A stretch of DNA of 64,000 bases from Methanobrevibacter sp. (GTDB taxonomy: Archaea > Methanobacteriota > Methanobacteria > Methanobacteriales > Methanobacteriaceae): assembly GCF_017431965.1 (NCBI RefSeq), contig NZ_JAFRKB010000039.1, positions 818 to 64,817 on the forward strand, given 5' to 3'. Both the position numbers and the translations under genes were made by a program. Each line of letters begins with the position of its first letter. The stretch's first letter is position 1. The notes beneath the pieces are model-generated. The model ran no database searches and was not told where the DNA came from. It worked only from the letters and a program-made list of their open reading frames with translations. Of this stretch, positions 42,132 to 54,776 are shown in pieces.

Positions 42132-42398
42132 AATTAAGTCTCCTTTTTCGATATTTATAATTTTAATTCAAAAACTATTTAAATTTTATTATTTATTATT
42201 TTTAATCATTCAGTTAATAATTTTAATTGACATTATTCATTATTTTAAATTATTTCACATTGTTTATACATTCATTTGGATATCTATAATTTTCTTTAAT
42301 GAAATAAATGTAAAATTTGGTAATTTTCATGAAAAATATCCCAAAAAAATCAATGAAAAAGTTGACTATTGTTAAAAAATTTTGAAAAATAGAATGAG

Positions 42399-42470
42399 TG
42401 GTTCCGACGAGATTCGAACTCGTGATCCCCTCCTTGTAAGGGAGGTATCATACCACTAGACCACGGAACC
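42399..42470 (-). tRNA. tRNA-Val(UAC), intronless, CCA not encoded
   Basis: GGTTCCG acceptor pairs with CGGAACC+A; anticodon arm CCTCC-CTTACAA-GGAGG; T-arm CACGAGTTCGAATCTCGT; TTATATAA box about 25 nt upstream. Confidence 0.96.
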
Positions 42471-42592
42471 AACAAATATTATTATGGTTTTATTATTATA
42501 TAAGCATTTCGGTATTTCCAATTTTTATGGGTAAAGTTAATTAATTAATAAATATATAATTAATATTACAATAAAAAAATTGAAGTGATAAA

Positions 42593-43516
42593 ATGGCTTG
42601 GGATGACAAAGCTGGTAAAATATGGATAGATGGAAACATGGTAGATTGGAAAGATGCAAACATTCATGTACTTTCTCATGTTGTCCATTATGGTACAAGT
42701 GTTTTTGAAGGAATTCGTGCATATAAAAACGAAAAAGGCGTAGCAGTATTTCGCCTAAAAGAACATGTACAACGTTTATTTGATTCTGCAAAAATTTATA
42801 AGATTGATATTCCTTATACTCAAGAAGAAATTGAAGAAGCGATTTTAGAGACTGTTCGTGTAAATGATTTAGATGGTTGCTACATACGCCCAATCGTGTT
42901 TAGAGGATATGGTGAACTTGGTGTAAACCCATTAAACTGTCCTGTTAATGTAGTTATTGCTGCTTGGGAATGGGGATCATATTTAGGAGAAGAAGGAATG
43001 GCTAATGGTGTGGATATTGGTGTTTCCTCATGGAGAAAACCTGCACCGGACACTTTCCCTGCTCTTGCTAAATGTGGTGCAAATTACATGAACTCTCAAT
43101 TAGCAAAATTGGAAGCTATTGATAATGGATTTGATGAGGCAATCATGCTTGATTACGAAGGCCATGTATCTGAGGGTAGTGGAGAAAACATCTTCATTGT
43201 GGAAGGTGAAAAATTATTCACTCCTGCAATGTCTTCATCAAACCTTAAAGGTATTACAAGAGATTCCATCATGACCGTTGCTCGTGATTTAGGTTATGAG
43301 GTTGTTGAAGAGGTTATTTCCAGAGAAAGACTATACGCTGCTAATGAAGTATTCTTCACTGGAACCGCTGCAGAAGTTACTCCGATTCGTTCCATTGACC
43401 ACAGAACCATTGGTATAGGTAAAAGAGGACCAATTTCTGAAAAATTACAATCTGCTTTCTTTGATATTGTAGAAGCAAAAGTTGAAGACAAATACGGTTG
43501 GTTATCTTACATTTAA
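42593..43516 (+). CDS. ilvE: Branched-chain amino acid aminotransferase
   Basis: [45 protein letters not shown]. Confidence 0.96.
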   Translation: MAWDDKAGKIWIDGNMVDWKDANIHVLSHVVHYGTSVFEGIRAYKNEKGVAVFRLKEHVQRLFDSAKIYKIDIPYTQEEIEEAILETVRVNDLDGCYIRPIVFRGYGELGVNPLNCPVNVVIAAWEWGSYLGEEGMANGVDIGVSSWRKPAPDTFPALAKCGANYMNSQLAKLEAIDNGFDEAIMLDYEGHVSEGSGENIFIVEGEKLFTPAMSSSNLKGITRDSIMTVARDLGYEVVEEVISRERLYAANEVFFTGTAAEVTPIRSIDHRTIGIGKRGPISEKLQSAFFDIVEAKVEDKYGWLSYI

Positions 43517-43528
43517 GCGAGGTAGTCT

Positions 43529-44362
43529 ATGGATATTATCCAAGGAATTATTATTGGTATTGTTCAAGGATTAACTGAATTTTTACCAGTCAGTAGTTCA
43601 GCACACTTAGTGTTTATTCAAAATATTTTAGGGGTTGAAAGCTCACTTGCTTTTGACACCTTCCTTCATTTAGGATCATTGCTTGCAGTTTTATGGTTCT
43701 TCCGTGGGGACATTATCAAAATGCTTAAGTCATGGTGGTTGAGCATTGGAGATTTGCTTCAGGGAAGATTTAAGCAAGGTTTTATTGATGACCCTTATAA
43801 GAGACTTGCATGGTATGTGATTTTGGCAACCATTCCTGTAGGTTTTGTTGGAGTGTTTTTTGAAGATTCAGTAGAAGCATTATTTGCTGGTGCTCTTTAT
43901 GTTCCTGCATTCTTTTTGTTTGTAACTGGTACTATCTTGTACTTGTCTCAAAGAATGACTAGTGGTGAAGTTAATTTTAATAATATCGGTGCAAAAGAAG
44001 CATTGTTTATGGGTTTAGGTCAGGCATGTGCGATTTTACCTGGACTTTCACGTTCTGGTACAACAATAGCGGCAGGTCTTGTAATAGGGTTGGATAAGGA
44101 ATTTGCAGCAAAATTCAGTTTCATATTATCCATTCCGGCTATTCTTGGTGCTTTTTTGGTGCAGTTAAAGGACATAGGCTCTGCAATGGATGTTAACTTT
44201 TTGCCGATATTTTTAGGTTTTGTTGCTGCTTTCATCGCAGGTTATGCGGCCATCAAATGGATGCTTGAATTGATTCAAAAAAGAAGTTTGGATATATTCG
44301 CTTACTACTGTTGGATAGTAGGTATAGTCGTATTTATGGGTTCAATTGCCCACATATTTTAA
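43529..44362 (+). CDS. uppP: Undecaprenyl-diphosphate phosphatase (BacA)
   Basis: QGLTEFLPVSSSAHL, HLGS, PGLSRSGTT, FSFILSIP. Confidence 0.95.
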   Translation: MDIIQGIIIGIVQGLTEFLPVSSSAHLVFIQNILGVESSLAFDTFLHLGSLLAVLWFFRGDIIKMLKSWWLSIGDLLQGRFKQGFIDDPYKRLAWYVILATIPVGFVGVFFEDSVEALFAGALYVPAFFLFVTGTILYLSQRMTSGEVNFNNIGAKEALFMGLGQACAILPGLSRSGTTIAAGLVIGLDKEFAAKFSFILSIPAILGAFLVQLKDIGSAMDVNFLPIFLGFVAAFIAGYAAIKWMLELIQKRSLDIFAYYCWIVGIVVFMGSIAHIF

Positions 44363-44390
44363 AAATAATATTATAGAGATTGTTTAATCT

Positions 44391-45458
44391 CTATTTACAT
44401 ACTTTTTCTATTTTTTTTCTAAGTTTTTCAACGGAATTTCCTAAAACAAGTGCTGTATACATGGCTCCTCCGGCTCCGGCACCTTCTTTAACAAATCCTT
44501 TCAAGTAATTTTTCAGCCCTTCGTGTTCTGATTTCCCAAATTCGGGATCTACAACATTAACGGTAATGTTATCATCGATTTGTTTTAAAATTCCGAATAG
44601 GTCTGCAGTTTCATCACCTGCAACAAACACTGTAGTGGCGAGGTTAATTCTTGAAAAATCAAAATTAGGTTGCACAGATTTTATAATCGCACAAGCCGCA
44701 GCCATTTGGGTTCCTCCTGCCAAGATGATAGGGATATCTGAACCTAAAACAATTCCGGCTATTGCAGGAAGTGTAGGGTCGCCTACTGCAGCTATGGCTT
44801 GAATTGCATCAATATCCTCTTTTTCCGGGTCGAGGCCTGCATTTTTTAATCCTTCATCTACAATTTTTGTTTTCATGTCATGGGGATTATGGGGCATGCT
44901 TCCACTAACTTTTTCATTGGCATCATAACCCAAAGCTCTCAGTACTCCCAAAGCGGTTGTAGTTCCGGCAGCAATACTTTCGCCAATTATAAGCATTTCA
45001 TGTCTTCTTGATAACTCGGAACCTAAATCCTTTGCATTTTCAAATATTTCTAATGGGTTTAAAACACCTTTTCCAGTTCTGATGTCTCTGCCATATTCTT
45101 TTCCTAAATTAACATATTTGACATCTGGCTTAATTTTAGAACCGGCATCAACAATAACAAATGGGATATTTGCAAGTTGGAGTGCTGCTTTTGTAAGTCT
45201 TGCTGGAGTTGGTGCGGCAGCATCACCTACAACGGTTTCAGCTGGAGCTTCACAGCATCTTACATCGCCCAAAACCATAAATTCCGCATCTGAAGCAGGA
45301 GTATATTCAGTTAAATCCGCTGAAGGGCCTGCACCGGAAAGACCAGGTATCAATGAAGTTTCAGTTGTACCAATTGTAAGTAAAAATACAGGGTCATCAC
45401 ATTCCTGTAATTTTTTAGTTAATTCATCAGATCCGTATGTTGTAACTCCATCAATCAT
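44391..45458 (-). CDS. cobT: Nicotinate-nucleotide phosphoribosyltransferase, archaeal CobT type
   Basis: TETSLIPGLSGAG, TPASDAE, PTPA, GESIAAGTTTA, LAGGTQM, KEGAGAGG; ATG 45458 after AGGTGA. Confidence 0.88.
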   Translation of the reverse strand: MIDGVTTYGSDELTKKLQECDDPVFLLTIGTTETSLIPGLSGAGPSADLTEYTPASDAEFMVLGDVRCCEAPAETVVGDAAAPTPARLTKAALQLANIPFVIVDAGSKIKPDVKYVNLGKEYGRDIRTGKGVLNPLEIFENAKDLGSELSRRHEMLIIGESIAAGTTTALGVLRALGYDANEKVSGSMPHNPHDMKTKIVDEGLKNAGLDPEKEDIDAIQAIAAVGDPTLPAIAGIVLGSDIPIILAGGTQMAAACAIIKSVQPNFDFSRINLATTVFVAGDETADLFGILKQIDDNITVNVVDPEFGKSEHEGLKNYLKGFVKEGAGAGGAMYTALVLGNSVEKLRKKIEKVCK

Positions 45459-45951
45459 CTTTGTCACCTAATTTTTTTAATTGTTCTATGATAATCTTAT
45501 TTTGATTAATAATTTTTTTATTCTGATTCATTATTTTGATTAGCATTTCCCTTTCAGGCAATTCATTGTCGCTAGGGAAAGTCTGACCATCTCTAGCCCT
45601 TGGGGGGATTTTAATTTGGTCTTTTGGAGGAAGTGATTCATTTTTAGGCATTGGTGGTATTACTCCCTTTGAAGCACTGTCTTCATTACTTATCAAATCG
45701 ACGTATCTGTAGGGTACTTCAACTTTTCCCCTTTCTTCTAGAAGTTCCATCAATCTTTCATCCACTTGGTCTATGCCAACTAATTGTTCCTGTTCTACTT
45801 CGTGGACTAACCTTTTTTGAATGTTATATGCATTGTAAATTGCAATTCCACGTGTTTGACATTCCTTTTTAAACATATCACTTATATTAACGTCTCCAGT
45901 TAACTTTTTAACTCTTTTTTGTTCTGGAGTGTTTGCACTATAAAATCCCAT
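45451..45951 (-). CDS. Hypothetical protein
   Basis: 166-aa ORF overlapping cobT start, with Pro-rich linker and C-terminal coiled coil; no family recognised. Confidence 0.75.
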   Translation of the reverse strand: MGFYSANTPEQKRVKKLTGDVNISDMFKKECQTRGIAIYNAYNIQKRLVHEVEQEQLVGIDQVDERLMELLEERGKVEVPYRYVDLISNEDSASKGVIPPMPKNESLPPKDQIKIPPRARDGQTFPSDNELPEREMLIKIMNQNKKIINQNKIIIEQLKKLGDKDD

Positions 45952-46021
45952 ACTTTCACTTATGTTTTTTAAATTTAAAAAATATTTTTATATTTTTAAG
46001 TAATAAATACTAATTAATTAA

Positions 46022-47629
<1,608 letters not shown>

Positions 47630-47664
47630 TTAACTATATAAAAAATTTTATTCAAACTATTTTT

Positions 47665-48216
47665 ATGATAACATTTATAACTGGTAACGAACATAAAGTT
47701 AAAGAAGCAGAGAATATTTTCAAAGATTATGACATTAAGTTAGAGCATATTGATTTAGGTTACACAGAACCTCAAGGAACTCTTGAGGAAGTGGCCATAT
47801 CAGGCGCAAAATATGCTTGTCGTAAACTTGGAAGACCTGTGATTGTTGAAGATGCTGGTTTATTCATTAAAGCTTTAAATGATTTTCCTGGAGTCTATTC
47901 ACATTTTGTTCAAGATACTATAGGAAATCAGGGAATTTTGAAGTTATTAGCAGACACTGATGACCGTTATGCCGAATTCAGGTCAGTTATTGGGTACTGT
48001 GCCCCCAATTCTGAGCCCAAGACTTTTTTAGGCAAGGTATCAGGTGAAATCGCAGTTGAAGAAAGAGGAGATTTAGGATTCGCTTTCGATCCATTATTTT
48101 ATGTTCCTAGTGAAGGTAAAACATTTGGTGAACTTACAACTGATGAGAAAAACCAATTTTCACATAGAAAAAATTCATTAAAAAAATTTATTGAATGGTA
48201 TTCTAATCAAGAATAG
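47665..48216 (+). CDS. XTP/dITP diphosphatase (RdgB/Ham1)
   Basis: [35 protein letters not shown]. Confidence 0.95.
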   Translation: MITFITGNEHKVKEAENIFKDYDIKLEHIDLGYTEPQGTLEEVAISGAKYACRKLGRPVIVEDAGLFIKALNDFPGVYSHFVQDTIGNQGILKLLADTDDRYAEFRSVIGYCAPNSEPKTFLGKVSGEIAVEERGDLGFAFDPLFYVPSEGKTFGELTTDEKNQFSHRKNSLKKFIEWYSNQE

Positions 48217-48258
48217 CTATTTCATACTTATTTAAAAATTTATAAAAGAGGTTATATT

Positions 48259-48657
48259 ATGGCAAGACCAGAATGGGTAACTTATACTGACGCAGAAATT
48301 GAAGAAATGATTTTAAAATTTAACAAAGAAGGAAAAAGTACTTCTGAAATTGGTATTGTATTAAGAGATCAATACGGAATTCCATCTGTAAAAGATGTGA
48401 CCGGTGAAAGAATCACTGAAATCTTAGAAAGAAATGGACAAACTGGAGAATACCCAGAAGACTTATTAAACTTAATTAGAAGAGCTGTTAATATCAGAGA
48501 CCACTTGGAAGAAAATCCTAAAGACTTACACTCCAAAAGAGGTTTAACTATTATCGAATCAAGAATCAGAAAATTAGCTTCTTACTATGTAAGTGAAGGA
48601 AAATTACCAGAAGGTTGGAGATACAATCCAAAAGAAGCAGCACTCCTTGTTAAATAG
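48259..48657 (+). CDS. rps15: 30S ribosomal protein S15 (uS15)
   Basis: [45 protein letters not shown]. Confidence 0.96.
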   Translation: MARPEWVTYTDAEIEEMILKFNKEGKSTSEIGIVLRDQYGIPSVKDVTGERITEILERNGQTGEYPEDLLNLIRRAVNIRDHLEENPKDLHSKRGLTIIESRIRKLASYYVSEGKLPEGWRYNPKEAALLVK

Positions 48658-49981
48658 GGCTGAGGAAGCTACTAATGTGCTTCGTGAGCACATAGAAAAG
48701 GACAGTGTTATTAGAATAATTTCTCATAACGATGCTGATGGAATTTCATCCGCAGCAGTTATAGCTAATGCTTTAGCTGAAGAAAATGTTCAATTCCACA
48801 CTACTATTATTCCACGTCTTAAAGAAGATATTGTAAATCAGCTAAGACATGAAAAATATGATTTATTTATATTTTCAGACATGGGCAGTACATTTGTCAA
48901 TGAGTTCAATACTTATAAGCATGATGTGATTATCGCTGATCACCATCAGCCTAACGACACTGAAGCGGAAAGCAACGTTGTTCATATAAATCCACATCTA
49001 TTTGGAATAGATGGCAGTAAAGATTTATGTGGTGCGGGTTCAAGCTATTTGGCTATTCGCGAACTTGGGAAAAAGCATTTGGCTTACTTTGCTTTAGTTG
49101 GTGCATTTGGTGATATGCAAGGTCAAGGCGGATTCACCGGTGTAAATAAGTTGATTCTTGATGATGCCTTGGAAAGCGGAGTTTTGGAGATTCATGAAGA
49201 TTTAAAAATTGTATCAAAATCTTCCGAACCTATTTTCAAATCTCTTGCTTATACATTTTCACCGCCTCTTCCGGGAATTAGTGGAGATTTTGAAGGTGCC
49301 CAAGAATTTTTGGAAAGAATGAATTTGTCTTACGGAATTAAGTTCACAGATTTGGAAGATGAGGAAAAGGATCTTTTAAAAGATGCACTCATGAATATTA
49401 ATCCGGATATTTTCGGTGATTGTTATACAGTTCCAAAAGAAGTTCCAATGCTACGCGATTTGGAGGAGTATTCCTACATTCTTGATGCATGCGGTAAAAA
49501 CAAAAAGCAGGGGTTAGGTTTAAGCATCGCCCTTGGCGAAAAAGACCAAGCTCTTGATGCCGCTTTAAAATTACAAAGGCAATACCGTGACCAAATTGTT
49601 AAGGGCCTGGAATGGATTAAGCGTGAAGGTGCAGTTCAGCTTTCCGATATTCAATATTTATACTCTGAAGACAAAGTATTAAAATCTGTAATGGGAACAA
49701 TAGCTAGTATTGGTCTATCTGTGGAATTATTGGATAATTCCAAACCTGTAATCGGACTATCTAGACTTCACAATGATATTAAGGTTTCCGGTAGAACTAC
49801 AAGGGAAATGGTTGCAAGAGGTGTAAATCTAGGTCGTGCCCTGCAGGATTCATCTAACAATTTCGGAGGCCAAGGTGGTGGACACGATATTGCTGCTGGA
49901 GCCATGATTCCTTATGAAAGCAAGGATAATTTCTTACACCTTGTTAATGAGATGGTTGAATATCAATTAAGTAATGATTAA
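48647..49981 (+). CDS. DHH-family phosphoesterase (RecJ/GAN/Cdc45-like)
   Basis: [35 protein letters not shown]; follows rps15 as archaeal GAN homologues often do; start TTG 48647 inferred. Confidence 0.88.
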   Translation: MLNRAEEATNVLREHIEKDSVIRIISHNDADGISSAAVIANALAEENVQFHTTIIPRLKEDIVNQLRHEKYDLFIFSDMGSTFVNEFNTYKHDVIIADHHQPNDTEAESNVVHINPHLFGIDGSKDLCGAGSSYLAIRELGKKHLAYFALVGAFGDMQGQGGFTGVNKLILDDALESGVLEIHEDLKIVSKSSEPIFKSLAYTFSPPLPGISGDFEGAQEFLERMNLSYGIKFTDLEDEEKDLLKDALMNINPDIFGDCYTVPKEVPMLRDLEEYSYILDACGKNKKQGLGLSIALGEKDQALDAALKLQRQYRDQIVKGLEWIKREGAVQLSDIQYLYSEDKVLKSVMGTIASIGLSVELLDNSKPVIGLSRLHNDIKVSGRTTREMVARGVNLGRALQDSSNNFGGQGGGHDIAAGAMIPYESKDNFLHLVNEMVEYQLSND

Positions 49982-49982
49982 T

Positions 49983-51170
49983 ATGTTTTTGACTAAAAAA
50001 GAAGAGCAAATGTGCAATGGGGAGTTCGGAGAAACCATTAGGAAAAGCATGGATATCTTGGTTGCATTAGGGGATATTTATGGCGCTTCTAAATTGGTTG
50101 ACATCACCTCAGCACAGGTATCCGGTGTTTCTTATAAAACTATCGGAGAGGCCGGATTGGAATATCTTGAAGATTTGGCCGGTGACGGTTTGGGCGTTGC
50201 AAGTGTAAACGCATCCTTAAACCCTCCGGGAACTGATTTGGATAATTGGAAAGAATTAGGTTTTCCAGAAGAGTTTTCCATTAAACAAAATAAGATTGTT
50301 GATGCTTATGGAAAATTGGGAATTTCTAAAACCTGTACATGCACCCCTTATTTGGTGGGAAATGTTCCAAGATTTGCCGATCATGTATCCTGGTCAGAAT
50401 CATCTGCCGTAGCATATGTCAATTCTGTAATTGGTGCTAGAACCAATCGTGAAGGAGGTCCTGCAGCGCTTGCGGCTGCAATAGTGGGAAAAACTCCTTT
50501 ATATGGATTCCATTTGGATCAGAATAGAAATGCAGACTTGGTTGTAAATGTCAATTGCGAGCTTAACGGAGCGGATTTCGGCGCATTGGGTTATATCATT
50601 GGAAAAGTTGTAGGCAGTGGAGTTCCATACTTCAAGCTTAAAAATACTCCTGATAATAATGATTTAAAAACTTTAGGTGCGGCTTTAGCTTCATCAGGTT
50701 CAGTTGCTCTTTATCATATGGAAAATGTCACTCCTGAGCATAAACAAGTGGATGTTGAAGAAGTTGAGGACATAATGTTTATTTCCGAAAAAGAAATTTT
50801 AAAAACCCGTGAAGAATTGTCTACAACCGATAGGGAACCTGATTTAATCTGTCTAGGTTGTCCTCATGCATCTCTTGAAGAAATTAAAAAAGTGGCTAAC
50901 GTTGTTCAAGGCAAAACTATTAAAAATAAATTATGGATTTGCACATCAGTAAGTGTAAAAGCAACAGCCGATAGGATGGGCTATACTGAAATTATTGAAC
51001 GTGCAGGCGGTAACGTTGTCTGCGATACCTGTATGGTTGTAGCTCCTATCGAAGACATGGGCTTTGAGGTTATTGGTGTAAATTCAGCAAAAGCGGCTAA
51101 CTATGTTCCATCAATGTGTGGACTGGATGTTGTTTATAATGATGTGGAAAATCTTATTCAGTTTGAATAG
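49983..51170 (+). CDS. Aconitase X large subunit (putative phosphomevalonate dehydratase large subunit)
   Basis: [22 protein letters not shown]-x2-NSV-x-GARTNRE, GCPHAS, DTCMVV, NSAK. Confidence 0.88.
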   Translation: MFLTKKEEQMCNGEFGETIRKSMDILVALGDIYGASKLVDITSAQVSGVSYKTIGEAGLEYLEDLAGDGLGVASVNASLNPPGTDLDNWKELGFPEEFSIKQNKIVDAYGKLGISKTCTCTPYLVGNVPRFADHVSWSESSAVAYVNSVIGARTNREGGPAALAAAIVGKTPLYGFHLDQNRNADLVVNVNCELNGADFGALGYIIGKVVGSGVPYFKLKNTPDNNDLKTLGAALASSGSVALYHMENVTPEHKQVDVEEVEDIMFISEKEILKTREELSTTDREPDLICLGCPHASLEEIKKVANVVQGKTIKNKLWICTSVSVKATADRMGYTEIIERAGGNVVCDTCMVVAPIEDMGFEVIGVNSAKAANYVPSMCGLDVVYNDVENLIQFE

Positions 51171-51260
51171 GATTTCTTTATTTCTTTTTTTTAAAAAATT
51201 AAAACTTTAAATTGAATAAAATCTAGATATTATACTGATAGGATTTGTGAGGAATTGTTG

Positions 51261-52646
51261 ATGAATTATTTGGTAGTTGGCGCTGGAAATGCTAGTAGGC
51301 CTGTTGCAAGATTGTTAAATTATCTGGGCCATAAAGTTATTGTCACTGATTTAAAAGATTTATCATCTTTTAAAATAGAATTTCAAAGAAGTTTAAAACA
51401 AATGGAAAGTGAAGGGGTTATTTTAGATTTAAATAATCAAAATCCTAGTTTGGATGGCATTGAAGCTGTTTATAAACCTCCGACTTTACCTGATTCTGCG
51501 CCCATAGCCAAGTTAATCAATGATTCTGATGTTAAGATTCTCACAAATGAAGAATTTTCCAAAATTGTTCAAGATTTGATTCCGGTAGATATTATTGGGA
51601 TTACTGGAACAATGGGTAAAACTACAACCACATTCATCACAACAAGTATTTTCAAATCTGCGGGATATAATGTATGGTCCTGCTCATCTTTAGTTAATAA
51701 TTTAGTATCTGAAGCTATTATTGATGGAATAGTCACTGAAAAATCTAAAAATTGTGATATTGCTATTTTTGAACTTCCTCATGGAACAATTGGTCTTTTA
51801 AATAAATTAAACGTTAAAATTGGTCTTTTGACCAACATTGCTGAAGACCACTTGTCCGAATTCGGGGGTTCTCTTGAAAAATATCAGCAAAGAAAACTGA
51901 TTTTGGAAAAGATGAGCGAAACATTTATTGCAAACCGCTCATGCTTTGATATAATTAATCCTCACAGAAGCGATGCAATATATTATGCTTTAGATGAGGA
52001 TGTTGATTTTAAGGGAAGCATTGGTGATGAATCATTAACTGTCGAATATGCCGATGATTCTTTTACCACTCCATTTCATATGATGAGCTACTTTTTTGAA
52101 AATTCAGTTGCAGCCAGTGCAGTAGCAATCACATACGGAGTCAAAAAAGAAGAAATCATTAAGGCATTATCTGATTTCAAAGGACTCCCTGCTCATATGG
52201 ATGATGTGGGAACATATAATGGCAGAAAGGTAATTTTAGACTCTGCATTCTTATATGATGGAATGAAAATCACCTTGGATTACTTTAAGGATGACAGTGT
52301 TGTTTTATTCTTGGATCATTTTGATACATTATCTGTAAGGGATAAATCGGAAGTAGGTCAATTAGTTGGGCAATATGATTTGAAAGCTGTTATTGCCAGT
52401 GGATTTAACGAAGTCACACAAGAAGTTGAAATGCATGCGGCACAGGAGATATTGGATGCCATTGACAATCCGAATATTGAAAAGGTTGCTGTCGAAACAA
52501 TTGAAAAGGCTGCGGAACTTACATTTAAATATTCCGTACCTGGAGATATTATTTTACATATGGGTCCGCTTATAGCATACGACAGATTGACTACTGTAGA
52601 TAAAATTATGAAAGGGCTTGAAGAAGGAAGTAGAAAGTATGAATGA
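51261..52646 (+). CDS. Mur-ligase family protein, MurD-like (pseudomurein peptide ligase)
   Basis: Rossmann VVGAG, P-loop GITGTMGKTTT, IFEL, LTNIAEDHL, FKGLPAHM, ILDS. Confidence 0.85.
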   Translation: MNYLVVGAGNASRPVARLLNYLGHKVIVTDLKDLSSFKIEFQRSLKQMESEGVILDLNNQNPSLDGIEAVYKPPTLPDSAPIAKLINDSDVKILTNEEFSKIVQDLIPVDIIGITGTMGKTTTTFITTSIFKSAGYNVWSCSSLVNNLVSEAIIDGIVTEKSKNCDIAIFELPHGTIGLLNKLNVKIGLLTNIAEDHLSEFGGSLEKYQQRKLILEKMSETFIANRSCFDIINPHRSDAIYYALDEDVDFKGSIGDESLTVEYADDSFTTPFHMMSYFFENSVAASAVAITYGVKKEEIIKALSDFKGLPAHMDDVGTYNGRKVILDSAFLYDGMKITLDYFKDDSVVLFLDHFDTLSVRDKSEVGQLVGQYDLKAVIASGFNEVTQEVEMHAAQEILDAIDNPNIEKVAVETIEKAAELTFKYSVPGDIILHMGPLIAYDRLTTVDKIMKGLEEGSRKYE

Positions 52647-54162
52647 ATCCGACTTTAAAAAAGGTACCACATTTGGAGTAATCGGTGTTTGTGGTGCTAA
52701 TGGCAATTTAATAGCGAGAATACTTAAAGAAAGAGGATTTAATGTTATTGGGACTGATTTGTCACAAAAAAGTGAATGCAGGTTTGCAAGCGTTCTGGAA
52801 GATTATGATTTCGATGTATTCTATGGCAGGACACCTGATGCATTTTTCAATAGAAGTGATTATATAATTCCTCCTGCAAGCTTGCCTAAGGATTCTGAAA
52901 TGTATAAAAGAATCAATAAGCCTATTTTAGAATTAAATGATATTATAGAGATATTCCAACCGGAAAAAGAGGTATTTGGAATTACCGGAACCAATGGTAA
53001 AACCACTTCCACCACTTTACTTAAAAGGATTGCTTCAGACAATGGAATTGAACCATGTGAACATAAATTGGAAGGAATGCAAGGCAATGCAGAATTCATT
53101 CCTATTTTACAGTCAAGATTGGATGGAGATATTGGAATTTTGGAAGTGGGAACATTTGGTGTACCGGGAACTGTCGGAAGAATTGCTAAAAACACTAACA
53201 TGTCTGGCGGTTTAATTACCAACATCACTCCCGATCATTTAAATGATTTGGGAAGCTTCATGGATTATGCTAATGTTAAAGGCGAATTCATCAAAGAATT
53301 AAATCATAAAAAACTAATTGTCAATGGTCATGACCCTACAATCATGGGTCTTTTAAGAGAGCTGAACTATGACGGTGAGGTAATTACATTCGGAGTTGAT
53401 GAAACACCGGATTCAATTGGCATTAAAGAATGTGTATGCGGAAATGAAATCACCGTTAAGGAAATTATTTCAGGCTGCGGCTACTACTTCTGTAAATGCG
53501 GCATTACAACTCCACAGGTGGACTATATCGCAACAAACGTGGATTTGGCTAATAGGACTTTTGATTTATATACTCCTGAAGGAAAACTGGATGTTAAAAT
53601 GGCAATCGATGGAATTCACAATGTTTATAATGTAACTGGAGTAATAATAGCGGCTCATGAATTTTTGAAATTGCCGTATGATAAGATTTTAGAAAGCATT
53701 TCCACTTTCACAGGTGTTGAGGGAAGAATGGAAAGAGTGGGGAAAATCAATGGTAAAACTGTTTTTGTAGATTATGCCCATAATCCTGCAGGCGTTCAAA
53801 CTGTATTAAAGGAATTCCAAAAGCTATTTGGAGACTTTACCACTGTAATTACAGTTTCATCCGAGTCAGGGGATGTGGGCGATCTTGAGATTTTCAATAG
53901 CGTATTGAAATTTTCAAAGTTCATTGTTCCTGCATCTCGCGCATCCCAAAAAGTAGCTCTTGAAAAATTAAAGGAAAATTCAAGATTAAATGATAGGATA
54001 TTTTTAAATCACATTAGCGATTTTGAAAAAGAAGGAACTCTTGGAGCCAATAAAAATGATGTCCGAGAGGGAATTAAAAAAGCTTTGAATTTAGATTGTG
54101 AAATGATAGTGGCTATTGGCGAAGCCGCTACCAAATTCAAATCAGTTGTTAACGAGTTATAA
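52639..54162 (+). CDS. Mur-ligase family protein, MurC-like with Cys-rich insertion (pseudomurein peptide ligase)
   Basis: GVIGVCGANG, GITGTNGKTT, ILEV, TNITPDHL, CVCG...CKCG, GIHNVYN, GVEGRME, DYAHNP. Confidence 0.87.
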   Translation: MNESDFKKGTTFGVIGVCGANGNLIARILKERGFNVIGTDLSQKSECRFASVLEDYDFDVFYGRTPDAFFNRSDYIIPPASLPKDSEMYKRINKPILELNDIIEIFQPEKEVFGITGTNGKTTSTTLLKRIASDNGIEPCEHKLEGMQGNAEFIPILQSRLDGDIGILEVGTFGVPGTVGRIAKNTNMSGGLITNITPDHLNDLGSFMDYANVKGEFIKELNHKKLIVNGHDPTIMGLLRELNYDGEVITFGVDETPDSIGIKECVCGNEITVKEIISGCGYYFCKCGITTPQVDYIATNVDLANRTFDLYTPEGKLDVKMAIDGIHNVYNVTGVIIAAHEFLKLPYDKILESISTFTGVEGRMERVGKINGKTVFVDYAHNPAGVQTVLKEFQKLFGDFTTVITVSSESGDVGDLEIFNSVLKFSKFIVPASRASQKVALEKLKENSRLNDRIFLNHISDFEKEGTLGANKNDVREGIKKALNLDCEMIVAIGEAATKFKSVVNEL

Positions 54163-54558
54163 TTCGTAGGTTTTTGGCGGTTCACCTGAAAAGTCTGCAA
54201 TTGTAGCTTTCCCGTTGATGGTGAATACTTCAAAAACTGGGTTTTCACCGGTTTCGTATAAAGCTTTTACAAGGTCATTTGAATCAATTACTTTTTGTTT
54301 AAGTTCCACGCTGTCTGTAAATTCAACTTCACCGGAAATTCTTAACCATACGAATTCAGGTGTTGCAGTAACGATTTCACAATTAGGATTTGCATCTAAT
54401 TCCTTATACATTGGTTTGTTGTTTGCAGTACAGAAGTATGGTTTTCCATCCTCTTCGAAGTAAAATAATATTGGTCTTACTTTTGCATTTCCGTCAAGTC
54501 CGCTAGTTGCTAAATATATTAATGGGTTTTCAGTTAAAAATTTTATAACATCGCTCAT
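54157..54558 (-). CDS. Pyridoxamine-5'-phosphate-oxidase-like (split-barrel flavin-binding) protein
   Basis: YLATSG-x2-G-x2-KVRP, YFCTANNKPMYKEL-x2-NPNCE, WLRISG. Confidence 0.85.
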   Translation of the reverse strand: MSDVIKFLTENPLIYLATSGLDGNAKVRPILFYFEEDGKPYFCTANNKPMYKELDANPNCEIVTATPEFVWLRISGEVEFTDSVELKQKVIDSNDLVKALYETGENPVFEVFTINGKATIADFSGEPPKTYEL

Positions 54559-54601
54559 TTTGATATCTCCTTTATTTTGATAGTAATAGTTTAATTAAGC
54601 C

Positions 54602-54755
54602 TATATAAATCGTTTTTGTAACTTTAAAGTTATCAGGTTACTTCAAAGTAACTTAATAAAACATTCCTTGGCAAATCCATCAGTTCGGGTCATTAATTCA
54701 AAGGCAGTTATACCAATCATTATGGGCATAATGGTTTCCCGAAAATCTTTTAATA
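54602..54755. promoter_or_regulatory. Divergent promoter region with three palindromes
   Basis: TATA (minus) TTTATATA 54602-54609; TAACTTTAAAGTTA 54619-54632; GTTACTT-ca-AAGTAAC 54637-54652; CATTATG-gg-CATAATG 54718-54733; TATA (plus) TTTTAATA 54748-54755. Confidence 0.6.
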
Positions 54756-54776
54756 CTTGAACTAAAAATTATATTC

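Noticed and set aside
41857-42398. 172-aa plus-strand ORF and AT-rich region upstream of mtd, including palindrome TTTTCATGAAAA (42324-42335)
   Set aside because: ORF is the antisense shadow of mtd running into low-complexity DNA; an AT-rich palindrome is expected by chance here
42361-42470. tRNA-Val 3' end as a possible integration site
   Set aside because: No integrase and no duplicated tRNA 3' fragment noticed in the window; flanks are core genes
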